From Kondoa subrosea (lineage: Eukaryota): a stretch of 64,000 nucleotides of DNA. Below, in pieces: positions 52,839 through 64,000 of this stretch. Within the stretch, counting starts at the first letter, position 1. Every line of letters begins with the position of its first letter. The DNA lies in assembly GCA_039545335.1 (NCBI GenBank), contig BCIN01000002.1:372001-436000 (forward strand), written 5' to 3'. Position numbers and translations under genes: made by a program. A model generated the notes under the pieces. The model saw only the letters and a program-made list of their open reading frames with translations. It was not told where the DNA came from and ran no database searches.

Positions 52839-55020
52839 CTATCGGCCCTCTCTGTAAGAGCAATATAACCTTCAGTCGTGATAGACGACAAAAGGAAATG
52901 TTCCCCTTACCTCTTTCTAGGTGTCGCGCGCAGCACATGATCCACCCTTAGAACACATTCGCTTGCTTCCGACGCTGACACCAGCACTTGCTTCTTCAGC
53001 TTGAAAGATTCCGTTACGCCCATTTCAGTCATTGATGCTATCGTGCCTTTGAAAAGGTCTGTGGGAAACAAAAGACCGCTATCAGCAATTTTAGATTGCA
53101 AAGCGAAACCTCCACCCACCTAAACCTGCATCCGATTGGCCTTCGTAATGCGCAGCTCTTAGCCTCGAGACGAGATCTGATGAATCCAGACCAGCGTTAT
53201 CCGCTAGTATCGTTGGCATCTATCCGCAACGCTACTTTGTCACTCGAGAAATCGACTAAAGGTAGAGTAAACGGACCTGTCTCAGTGCTTTTGCGAATGA
53301 CTCCGCAGCTAAAGCTTTCTTGCCCTGTGTGACTTTAGCCACATCATCCGCCGCATTAGCCATGATCATTTCCGCGCATCCACCTCCTAGAGTGATCCTA
53401 GATTCCTTGACTGTTTGCGATAAGACGGCTAAAGCATCATGAAGAGATCGTTCGGCTTCATCTACCATTTGCGTTGTTGCTCCTCGTAGAATGACAGTAC
53501 ATGCTTGACCTGCCGCAACACCAGAGAACTTGATCATCTGTGACATTCCTAATTTACCCTATGTCTAATTTGACAAAGGATCCAGAAGAAACGCACTCGA
53601 TCATCACCAATCATAATTTCTTCGATCCTCGCGCATTGTCCCAATTTGACTAAATCGGGTCTATCGAAAGTTGAAGCGATTTCACCACCAGTGACCAAAG
53701 CCAAACGTTCCACTCCTTCGAAATCAGCATGTTCGATGCACATGATGCCTTCCGCCGCAAAAAGCGATTCAGGGTAGTTGTATACCAGTTGCCGGTTCAC
53801 GAAACATGTGATGCCGTGAGCTTTGATTCTAGCGACTTTGGCTTTCATCTTTTCCTGTAGACGTTCAAGACGCGAATCAGCCTTCAGGCTGAACTCGCAC
53901 TTCTTCACCGCCTACTTTTTCTGCTCGTTCCAATTCTGCTAGCTTGCCTGTTCCATCGACCTTGACTCTAGCTCCGAAGATTTTGATCTTGTCAGTATCC
54001 ATAGCTGTCAATTCGGTCCTTACTGAGCGTCTAAGACCGCTTGGGAAGAACTCGGACTGACATGTATTAGCAATAAGAATCTTTGCATTCTCTTGGAACT
54101 TCGGGCAATTTGTGCTGATCTTCTTTTCCAAAATGAAACCTTCATCCAAATACGAATCCGTCAATTTCCCACCAACTTTCTTGATGATTTGCACATGTTC
54201 CAAATCCGTTGATCCTTTTAATCTCAACACTGCATTGACTGCTAGATTTGCGAAATAATCTTTATCAGCTGAAAGTACTTTAGAGGATAAAGTTGTTCTA
54301 GCGATATTGAGTAAATCTTTTTTGAATTTAGCTGGATCGGAAGAGTTATCTATTGCTGAGTTTGACAAGGCTGTTAGAGCTGCTTTTGAGGCTATACGGT
54401 ATCCTTCTATAATTGTTTGAGGATGGAGTTTTTGTTCAATGAGCTTTTCCGCTTCTCTTAGTAGTTCTGAAGCAAGTACACAGCTGGAGAACATCATGAG
54501 TCTTCAGGTTGAGACCCTGAATAGGTGGGGCTTACACTGATGTAGTTCCATCGCCTACTTCATCATCTTGTACTTTTGAAATATTGACGAGAATCTTGGC
54601 AGCTGGATTATCAAGAGCTATAGATTTGAGGATTGTTGCTCCATCGTTGGTGACAATGATATCGCCTGTAGATTGTCTATAGACCAACAATGAAGGCTTT
54701 AGCAGGTCCACCTTGCTGAAGCTTTCGAATGGCCTACGAATGCAGAATCTTGTTCATGCCTGTCAACATTTGCAAACTAATAAGCATAAAGACTATGCTT
54801 ATAGCTGTCCTTTGCTGACCTTTTGGACCCAAAGTTGACTTGACTAAATCTCCAATGGCCATTGCGCCGACGAAAGAAGACAAGCGAGCGTTCTCTGCGC
54901 GTTCTGATGTAGCTTCATTGCCAAGAATAGGGTACGACTATCAAGAGCAGAAGATACAAGCAATGTCAGCAAGGTGCGTTCATTGCGCAAATGCAAAATT
55001 GGAATAGAGCGACGAGACAT
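52839..55020 (-). CDS. CCT2: Chaperonin CCT subunit beta
   Basis: [74 protein letters not shown] and [24 protein letters not shown]. Confidence 0.98.
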
Positions 55021-55281
55021 TGCAGAGATGTTGACTGCAGGAGGACAGGACCGAACTAGAGCGTGTGAGAGGTATGGCGGCTTACCATAGCTAATCACCG
55101 AGTCGCTGTATGTTGAAACATTCGCGCTGTATTGAAATTTCAAGTCTTGACCTGCTCGGGCCACTCTGGAGGTTTCAGTAATGCAGAAGAAACAGATGAC
55201 AGAGCTATACCAGTGTCACTGAGATATCCTTGCCTTGTCTCGATTCCACTTCGTATACATTGGGCACTTCTACTTTATGCT

Positions 55282-56730
55282 ATGGCAGCCAATTATTGGG
55301 TCAGCTCACATGGGAATCACTGGCTTTTCAAGGAGCAGCAACTGTTCAAAGCTAGAGCTGAAGATCTCAAGTATGCAACACGTCAAGAGCTAGGTTTGAT
55401 CCTCATCTGGTCTGCCAATGGTTTGCCTTTCCGTTGAAGAGCTGGACTTGATCTCATTGCTGCATGAAGTCATTCATAAGATATCGAAGAAGCTATCCTT
55501 GAGACAGCAAGTCGCTGCTTCGGCTGTAGTCTTCTTCAGACGGTTCTATATGAAGAACTCGTATGCTGGTCGGTCGATGGAAGCCTCAGCGACTAAGACG
55601 CTGAATACTTTCGTTCTTCCGACAGAGACGGATCCATGTCTGGTTGCTGCCACTTGTCTTTATGTCGCTGCGAAAGCTGAAGAAATGCCAATTCATATCA
55701 AGAGCGTCGTAGCTGAAGCCAGAGCTGTCTTTGCAGGTAACGCTGGACCATTGTAACCGATTCTTTAGCTCACGCCAGAGTAGATCAAGGCGCTTCGACT
55801 TTTACTTCAGACAATCACAAGCTAGCAGAAATGGAATTCTGTAAGTCGAGCTCTTTGGCTGTACGACTGCTTTTTCTCAGATCAATGCAGATCTACTAGA
55901 GGATCTTGAATTCTATTTAATCATTCATCATCCTTACAAGGCATTGACCCAAATATGTGGGCGAGATCAAGCCAAGCGGGACGGGACACTAGAAATCAAG
56001 AGTGACACCTTAGACATGGCTTGGTATGTTTTCTCGCCCTCTTTCATGATGCCTGTGCTCACAGTATTCTAGGTATATCCTCAACGACACCTATCGAACG
56101 GAGATCTGTCTTCTCTATCCACCTCACCTTATAGCAATCGCAGCTCTTTTCCTAGCTTTCGCTCAACTTCCACCTCCACCTCCTTCAATATCAAAACCTG
56201 CTCCTCTACCTCAGGCTAAACCTGTTTCCAAGGCTTCTCTTCCAGATACATCAGCTTCCAAGCCGTCCCCTACCTTGCATCATTCTTTACCACAAAAACC
56301 AACAACAGTCATGCCGACTCTTTCTCGTTCTCTATCTTCCTCAGTCTCTTCACCACCAACAGTATCTCCTTCAGCGACAATACAACAGCAAGCAGTGATA
56401 GGCAAAGTCGAACCTTTAGTCTTTTTATCTCGCTTAAACGTTTCCATTCCATTGGTATTGGAGATAGTGCAACATATTGTCTCCTTATACGCTTTATGGA
56501 ATACTTATGAACAAGAAGGGCGTTCTTCAACTTCCTCCGTATCATCAGTTATGGGTGGTAGTACACCAGGTAGAAGTCCAATGCCTTCTATTGCAGGAGG
56601 TGGGAATGGGATGGGAAGTGATGAGAAAATTATCAAATTGTTGAGCAAGATGAGATTGGAAAGAATGGCGGATTTAGCACATCCTGCTTCTGGAAGACCA
56701 GCGTCTATACCAGCTCATTTGAGAAAGTAA
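55282..56730 (+). CDS. SSN8: Cyclin C (Mediator kinase module)
   Basis: MAANYWVSSH, LRQQVAASAVVFFRRFYMKNSY, TCLYVAAKAEE, EMEF|YLLEDLEF.LI.HHPY and ILNDTYRT..CLLYPPHLIA. Confidence 0.95.
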
Positions 56731-56922
56731 TTCATTGCGCGCGTGTATTTCGTTGGAAGATTGGCATCATGTTATTTTACATTGTATTTGTAAGTTCTTC
56801 TATAGCAAACGTTATGTACAATGAAGTAGAATCAGAATTGCATATATATACAAGAGAACGAATAGACGAGCTGAAAATTACGAAGGTCGAGTACCGAAAC
56901 AATTACTTGATTTGCAAGGCAG

Positions 56923-58162
56923 TCAAGCTTTGGCAGTAGCACCGAGATCCTCTCGTTTGGGTGAGATGATGTATAAAGGTCTTGCAGCCCAAAGAGAAAT
57001 GGCAAGGATGACCGGTAGATATTCCAAAAAGGAGAAGAACCATTCGCTTGAGTAAGCAGGACCAAAGATGCCTGTCACCCAAACATGAGCTCTTCAGCAG
57101 ATAAAACAGATTCGCTGTAAAATTCACCTTCTGCCGTTTCACCCAATCGAAAAGCAGTCCTCAACAAGATCAGAAGTGAAGTGACGGTGACTACGATTGG
57201 GTAGCTACGACCTGCATGGGCAGGCCATTTTCGAAGTGCCAGACCGAGAATAATAAGGAAGCAGCAGAAACTGAAGCACTGTTCAATAAAGATGTGTCAG
57301 GAATTTAGATTGACAAGTGACGCTACAACAGCTAACCTGCATGGCAAGACCAGCGAGTAAGATGTTGTTCGCGTCTTCTGGAGTGATTGAAAGTTGATCG
57401 CCGCCCTTGACTCTCTTGCTCTGAGTGATACCGACTAGAGCAGATCCAGCTACTTGCAAAGCCGTGCAGACTACATCTGCTGCAACAAAGACTGGTAACG
57501 TCACTTAGCTAATTGACAAGCTTACCCAGAAGGTGCACTTACTTCCGACTAAGAGCTTTGGCTGAATCGGTAGAATATTCCGGCCATCTTGCACCAGGAT
57601 TATACGGGTAGCAGTGGAGAGCGAAAGATAGATCGCGGCCTAGAAACCAATGTCAGAACAGAGACTAAACCATTCTGGAGAGATAGTACTGTGAAAAGGA
57701 CCGGAGCCTGAAGATACATCATTTTCTGAATGAGAAATGATGATACAGCAAGTCACAGATGACTCACGCAGATAATGAAGAAGTACTGCACGACGAACGC
57801 ATTGATCAAGAACGGCCTGTAATGAGACCAGATCCTGAAAGAGTAGCCAACGACTTCCATGAGCTATACCGTCAATGTCAGACTTGCTTGCATGTCCAAC
57901 ATCAGACTCACGCAGCCAAAAGCGATAAGGCCTTGAAAGATGCGTGTATGTTTGCCTTTGATTAAATTGAACAGATGTGCGAATCCGGCAAGAGCGAATG
58001 TAAGCACTCCGACAACACCGAGTGCAAGAGATGGCACATAGCTGACAGCAGAGAAATGGTCAAAAGAGCAGCAGCAGAGAGTCAAACGGAGAGTTACTTG
58101 TAAATAATAATGGCAGCTTCTCCGGGTCCAGGATTCTTTTGGATAGGTCCGTTGTAAGGCAT
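56923..58162 (-). CDS. RTA1-like 7-TM protein, paralog A
   Basis: YVPSLALGVVG, MEVVGYSFRIWS, FVAADVVCTALQVAGSAL, NILLAGLAMQ and LLRTAFRLGETAEG. Confidence 0.88.
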
Positions 58163-58433
58163 GATGATAGCAAGTAGTCTCAACAGAAAGAAAGACGTAG
58201 AAGTCAGTGAGAGATAAAGAGAAGTGTCGGACCCGATCCTCCGCTCGGCCGCGATATGATTTCACGATTGATGATGTTATCTTATCAGTCGATGGTATTG
58301 CCCAATGACAGCACGTAGCACATGACGAGATATCGAATACCGAGATGACGTAGTAAACTGTCGTAAACACAATTGTAAAAATCTCGAAAAGACAGAACAT
58401 ATTTGACTGACTTTGTAAATCTCGAGATACTGT

Positions 58434-59623
58434 TTACGCTTTTCTTTCGGACGGTGTGATTCTGTACAATGGCATGACAGCCCAAATTGAGACTGCGAAG
58501 ATCACAGGCAAATATTCCAGAAATGAGAAAAACCACTCGGAGCTGAAAGCCTGGCCAAAGATACCTGCGAAACATCTATCTCATCTCAGGAGTCTTGATA
58601 GAGACGACACGACTGACTGACCCTCCGCAGTCTCACCCAATCGAAAAGCGGTCCTTGTTAAGATCAAAAGGGATGTGATCGTGACGACAAATGGGAAGAG
58701 TCGGCCATCTGCGCTTGGCCATTTTCGCAACGTGAGAGCTAGAATTATAAGGAAGCAGCAGAAGCTAAAGCACTGTTCAATTGTTCAGCATTGTACGACT
58801 CTTCCCGTCAGACTACTGACTTGAGCAGCCAAACCAGCGAGCAGGATATTGTTTGCATCTTCAGGAGATAAGGATAACTGTTGACCACCTCTTGTCCTTC
58901 TGCTTTGAGTTGTTCCCACCAACGCAGCTCCAGCGATCTGCAACGCTGTACACAAGACATCTGCGCCAACGAACACTGCAGACTGGTTCACTAACAGTCA
59001 GAAAGGTAGGACAGATGGACTTACGACCGACCAGCAGTCTTGGTTTGATAGGCAGGATATTGCAACCCTCTCGTTCGAAAATGCGGCGAGTTGCGATCGA
59101 CAAGGAAAGATAGATAGCAGCCTTGTGGTAGTATCAGCTAATGTATCAAGATGACGATCATATTTACCGCAAAGAGAACAGGAGCCTGGATGACATGTCA
59201 ACTTTTTGAGATTGCGCAAAGGGGACAAACATACACAAACAATGAAGAAATACTGGCACACGAATGCATTGACCAGGAAGGGCCTATAATGTGACCATAT
59301 TCTGAAGGCATAGCCAACAACTTCCATCAACTGCATAATCATCAGCAGGATTGCACTTTTGAACAGAAAGCACTGACACAGCCGAATGTTATTAAACCTT
59401 GAAACGTCCTTGTACGGCTCCCTTTGATGAAGTGAAACAGATGCACCAGGCCAACAAGCGAGAAAGTAACGACTCCAGTGACACCCAAAGCTAAGGAAGG
59501 AACATAGCTGCAAAAGCAGTCTCAAGCTGGCTCGTGAACATGATAGAGCCTCATTCACTTATAGATAATGATGCTAGCTTCTCCGTCAGGCGGGTTGCGC
59601 TGAACCGGCCCATTATAAGGCAT
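58434..59623 (-). CDS. RTA1-like 7-TM protein, paralog B
   Basis: MPYNGPVQRNP start, MEVVGYAFRIWSHYRPF, FVGADVLCTALQIAGAAL and NILLAGLAAQ. Exon layout mirrors paralog A. Confidence 0.88.
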
Positions 59624-60078
59624 CAGATCAAATCACGCGCAAAAACTTAAGAAAGCAGAGTTCCGATTTGACAGCCAACTTCCAAAGCGCAAGACAAAGC
59701 AAACAAGATAGACACGGTAGAGGAGGTCAAAGAGTGCTCGCGGACTAGCATAGCGAAAGCTTAGTCATCAAACAAGCTTGGCAAAATGGCAATGCTTGAA
59801 ATTTCTCTTGTTGCTCAGAACCATGATCGTGTGCATCTCATGCCCGCTCAGACTATGTTGGAAGACCAGCTGATGATGCAAAGAGCGCACAATTTCGAAA
59901 TGGCGAGGCCACTTGAAAATCACCAAATGCGTCAAAGAAATGCCATTTTCCAATTTGATTTCCTTTCCCGTCTAGGCAGCAGCGCTCTCTGTCAATATTC
60001 CTTTGCTTTCTGTTTCATAGCATCTTCCATCTCGTTATATCCAGTTTCTCGTCATCACACTCTTTCACTATCATCACC

Positions 60079-63000
60079 ATGACTGGAAACCACAGGCGTC
60101 GTCCCACTCCCATTAGGCTGAATCAAGAATTGGATATCTCTGCAGCTCCAATGTTCTTTTCTGCCAGCGGTACTCCGGACGAGAGTCACTCAAGAACTTC
60201 AGCAACCTTTATGCCAAAGGCTGATAACTTCACTCGATCGAAATTTGACTCTGTGTCGTCGAGTGGCAGTCTAGATATCTCTTTCAGACCTGTCGAAGGC
60301 AGATCTCTCTACTCTGCCAACCCAGCATCTACTGCACCACCCACTAAACCGCAACGCAATTCGCGCGTTCCAGTACCAGTCTACATGCCCGTATGTTCAA
60401 GCATACTGAGCTAGACCAGGAATAGCTTACTCATTGCTGGTGTAGCGCAAACAATCACTAGTCAGACCTGAAGATTATCTTCCAACTTACGAAGCTCCAA
60501 CTTCGCAAAGTGCCTTCAACAGCTACGCTATTGCTCCCGTAAGTTACACCTACAAGCTTCTCAAGATATTCGAATAATTGGATCATATAGGGCTGGTCCG
60601 GATTGGCAGACTCTTTAGATCAAGACTTACATTCACCAGAAGGCTCACCAAGATCTTCTCGCTTCGATTCCATCGCTGGTCCTTCTCTTTTCCGCAACAG
60701 TACTGTTTCTTCCGACTCGCATATTCTTGGCGTACAATACGACACTCTTGACAGTAAAACTCGAACTTTAGGCGGTAAGAAGATTGTCAGATCTGGCGAT
60801 TGGCGAAAAAAGTTACAACTAGAAAGCAAAGTCACTCGACAGAACTCCATCAAACCTGAAGTTCATACTGTTGTTTTCAACAGCGACAAAGAATTCGATG
60901 ATGCCAAAGAAGAGAAATCCAGTTCTGAAATCTATCTTGGAACAATGCCCACTCCTATCGTTATTCCTTACTCTACTCCTGGTCCCAAAGGATTTCAAGC
61001 TTATATGGCCCGACTTGGTCCAATCACAGCACTACTGGCTACAGCTGGAATGATCGTTTACTTTGTCTTGAGGACTTGGTATTTGTGGAGAGCTGAGAGT
61101 AATTTAAACACCCATTTTGTCGCTGGTTGGCTCTTTTTGGGTATTGAGTTCATGTATGCGTCAAGGACGGGTGAGCATCAATTGCTATGTCTTTTGTTCA
61201 ATCGGGCTAACACTTTTTGCTTCAGTCATGCCTATCATCTTTGATGCTTTCAAATATCGACTTGCTTGTCCTAAACTCTTCAGAGTAAAGGGAGAAGCAT
61301 TCATGCCAACAGTGGATGTATTGATCTTGGCTAGTGGTCAGCATGAACAGATTGTGAGTTCAGCTGTTTCAACTGGCGGAGGCTTTTCTGACATAATGCA
61401 ATAGGTGATGGACTGTGCTATGGCTGCTTCTCGCTTGGATTGGCCTCTAGATCGAATCAGAGTCTTGGTCATTGACGATACAGCTTCGTCTGAACTTCAA
61501 AGAAGAGTGGAATCTTATGCTACAAATCGAGCTCTACATCTCACCTACCATCGTCGTGCAAGAGGAAACAGAATGCCAGATGCCGTTAATCATAAAGCAG
61601 CGTTGATCAACTTTGGTTTGACCGAAACTAGAATGCAAGGTCGTTTAGCGGGCGAATATACTTTGGTTCTGGAAGCAGAGGTCAGCTCATATAAACAGAT
61701 TCGTGCACTTTTAGCTGATTAATTTGACCAGTGCATTCCCGAAATGAGCATTCTCAGAGCATTAGTTCCCTGGATGACAAAAGATCCTCAACTTGGTTTG
61801 GTCCGCTCAAAGCAAGGCTTTTACAATGTTCCTAAACCGAGTGGTCATTCTTTCGCTACTTTCATGAACGCAATGGAACCGGTCGAAGATGCTCGTTCAG
61901 GCTTTTTGATGCGTCGAGCAGGACTTGACGATATTGGTGGTTTCCCTACTGGTTCCTCGGTCGAAGATGGACAACTTGCTGCTCTATTACATGGGAAAGG
62001 CTATCGTACCCATTTCGTCAGCGAAGCACTGACTTTTGGCTTGATCCCGGATTCGTTTGCCGTACATCTTAAACAACGCCTGAATCGAAGTAAGCCCTAG
62101 TCATCGTGCTTGTTCGACTCGTTTCTGATGAATACTGCAGCGATTGGTCCTATTAGAACTGCTCGTCGTCTGCATGGTTTCATTCGTGGTTCTAGAATTC
62201 GCTATATGGTCAGTTGAAGTTGACTACAGCTGTCGAAAGAGAGCTAAAGAGTCAAAATTCTGCTGACAGTCACTCTGGCAACGAGCCGAAGCTTTCTATG
62301 CTGCTATCGACCCTCTGCTCAGCTTCGACCTATTCTCTGGCATGATTGCTTTCCCAATTGCTTTGGCTTGGGGAGGAGTGAGTGGTATGAATCTTCCGCT
62401 AGGAATTTACTGATCGATCTCACTGCAGTTCCTTGTTCCCGTCATGAATATTCCAGAACTGCATATGCTTATTCGCGTGCTCTGGGTTGCTACTATGTTG
62501 GAGAGACTACATGAAGTGGTCTTTTGTTATCCCACTGGTAAGTCAAAGCTACTCGGATTTTAATTACTGGCTAACGGGACTTTTCAAAGGCAATCCTACA
62601 ACTCGTCAACTTATCCAGCAAGGCACCTTCCTCGCGCCTTACCAGATGTTCAGCATCATTGGCGCTATTCTTCCCTTCAAACGAAGTGCTCAACAGCCTG
62701 GCTGGGTTCAGGAACTTACTCCAAAAGAAAGAGATTCAAAAGCGAGAAAAGGTTTCTTCGCTCGAGTGCGATCTATCCTCATCGATTGGGGCTCCGTTCT
62801 GCACTTAGCTTTAATCATCTGCATTCTTCTTGCCGTGGCTCTATCGGCTGCAGCTATCATTCAGCCTGCAGTAAGCAAATCTAGAACCGCTCGTCAAGCA
62901 TGCTGTAAGTCTCTCTTCTATTGGAATTGTGCCACACATACTCATGGAGGACTTAGTGATGCTACTCTTAACTATTGGCTGGCCCTCACTCCACTGGTTG

Positions 63001-63310
63001 GATATTGTTCTTGCGTGCTGGACACCAATGTAAGCAACCCGATGCCTTCCTTGTCACGACTTAGCCTGACGACTTAGCCTGACTGTCTATACTTAGTGCT
63101 TATGTTCTCTTCCCTCCTACTGTACCATCAAGAGACAGCCTGCTGGTCAGAGAACCGATTACTGGAGTAGCCAAACCAGCCGAAGACGCAAAGAGCGAAG
63201 CTCCCTACTGCAAGAATCACAGCCTGGAAGGCGTCATCACTTTCTGCACAACTTCATATATCACAGCTATCTTTATTCTCACTTTCATCGGTAAAGGGTT
63301 GGACATGTAA
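60079..63310 (+). CDS. GT2 cellulose-synthase-like (BcsA/CelA-type) membrane protein with degenerate catalytic motifs
   Basis: Two N-terminal TMs, PTVDVLI, LDWP..RIRVLVIDD, HKAALINFGL, QGFYN, RRAGLDDIGGFPTGSSVED, GLIPDSF..HLKQR, and C-terminal TMs. Confidence 0.85.
63056..63083 (+). repeat. 13-nt tandem duplication inside an intron, duplicating the CTGAC branch-point-like motif
   Basis: acgacttagcctg acgacttagcctg ac. Confidence 0.6.
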
Positions 63311-63466
63311 AAATCGTTTGAAAATGGTCGTTTTTTCTTTGAGTATCTTAATTTGTAATATGCATTATATTGAGTCCTGTGAACGATCACTAGACGGTTG
63401 TGACTTGATTCCTCTATTTTCTGCAATTTGCATCATTTGATTGGTTCCAACTTTCTACTCTAATCC

Positions 63467-64000
63467 ATGAACCAATTAGAGCAGCGAGACTTTGATGTGG
63501 TCATTCGTGGTACTGGACTCGCTCAATGCATCCTAGCAGCGTCTGCTACACTCTCTTCCTCAGCTCGATGACACGAAACTCAAGTTGTGTTTGAATCAGT
63601 GCTCTGGCTCGGAATGGCCAATCTGTCTTACATTTGGATGAGAACCCATACTATGGATCACATGAAGCTAGTTTCTCACTGGAAGAACTTATAGAATGGG
63701 CTGAGAAACAGCAATCGCGTTACTCGAATGTCGACTATGCTTTTGAGAGTACTCAGACGGAAGCAGACATGATGAAGAAGAGTAGAAAATACGCTTTATC
63801 TCTCAAACCTGTGCTTGTTCCTGCCAACGGTCCATTTATCGATACATTGGTCAAGAGCGGTGTTGCTGCCTATACCAATTTCCGTTTGCTTGAAACGATT
63901 GTTATCTACCAGTCGGGGAAATTCAAAAGGGTACCTTCGTCAAAAGAAGACGTCTTCAAGACGGATGAGCTTAGTTTGATGGATAAACGCAGGTTGATGA
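63467..64000 (+). CDS. MRS6: Rab escort protein (REP/Mrs6, GDI family), 3'-partial
   Basis: FDVVIRGTGLAQCILAA|ALARNGQSVLHLDENPYYGS, SRKYALSLKP, FIDTLVKSGVAAY.NFRLL and VPSSKEDVF. Confidence 0.88.

Noticed and set aside
63467..64000. Rab escort protein in the same window as a prenyltransferase alpha-like gene, suggesting a prenylation cluster
   Set aside because: They are ~57 kb apart with many unrelated genes between them, so probably coincidental.

Overview
Gene-dense eukaryotic DNA with many short (~45-60 nt) GT-AG introns carrying CTRAY-like branch points. The gene content points to a basidiomycete fungus with a compact genome. I reconstructed about 37 protein-coding genes by manual splicing, so boundaries are approximate where stated. 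Housekeeping genes: IWS1/SPN1, RRP17, mL46, PP4 regulatory subunit 1, ISA2, PAB1, branched-chain aminotransferase, CCT2, cyclin C and Rab escort protein. Cell-wall and secreted enzymes: GH18, AA9 LPMO and a GT2 cellulose-synthase-like gene. Also a ferric reductase plus Ctr copper transporter pair, and three tandem paralog pairs (Con-6, F-box/LRR, RTA1). No RNA genes, transposons or CRISPR arrays were recognisable. Most notable: (1) a PTAR1-like prenyltransferase alpha subunit with a complete ASCH domain inserted in-frame into its helical repeats; (2) a HypX/HoxX-like crotonase domain in an organism with no expected [NiFe]-hydrogenase; (3) a cellulose-synthase-like protein whose DxD and QxxRW motifs are replaced; (4) tandem Con-6 paralogs differing by five introns, one built from micro-exons; (5) a hidden 4-exon, 80-aa His-rich protein; (6) recurring C-rich to G-rich compositional switches inside exons. 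All family assignments come from motif recognition, not database searches.
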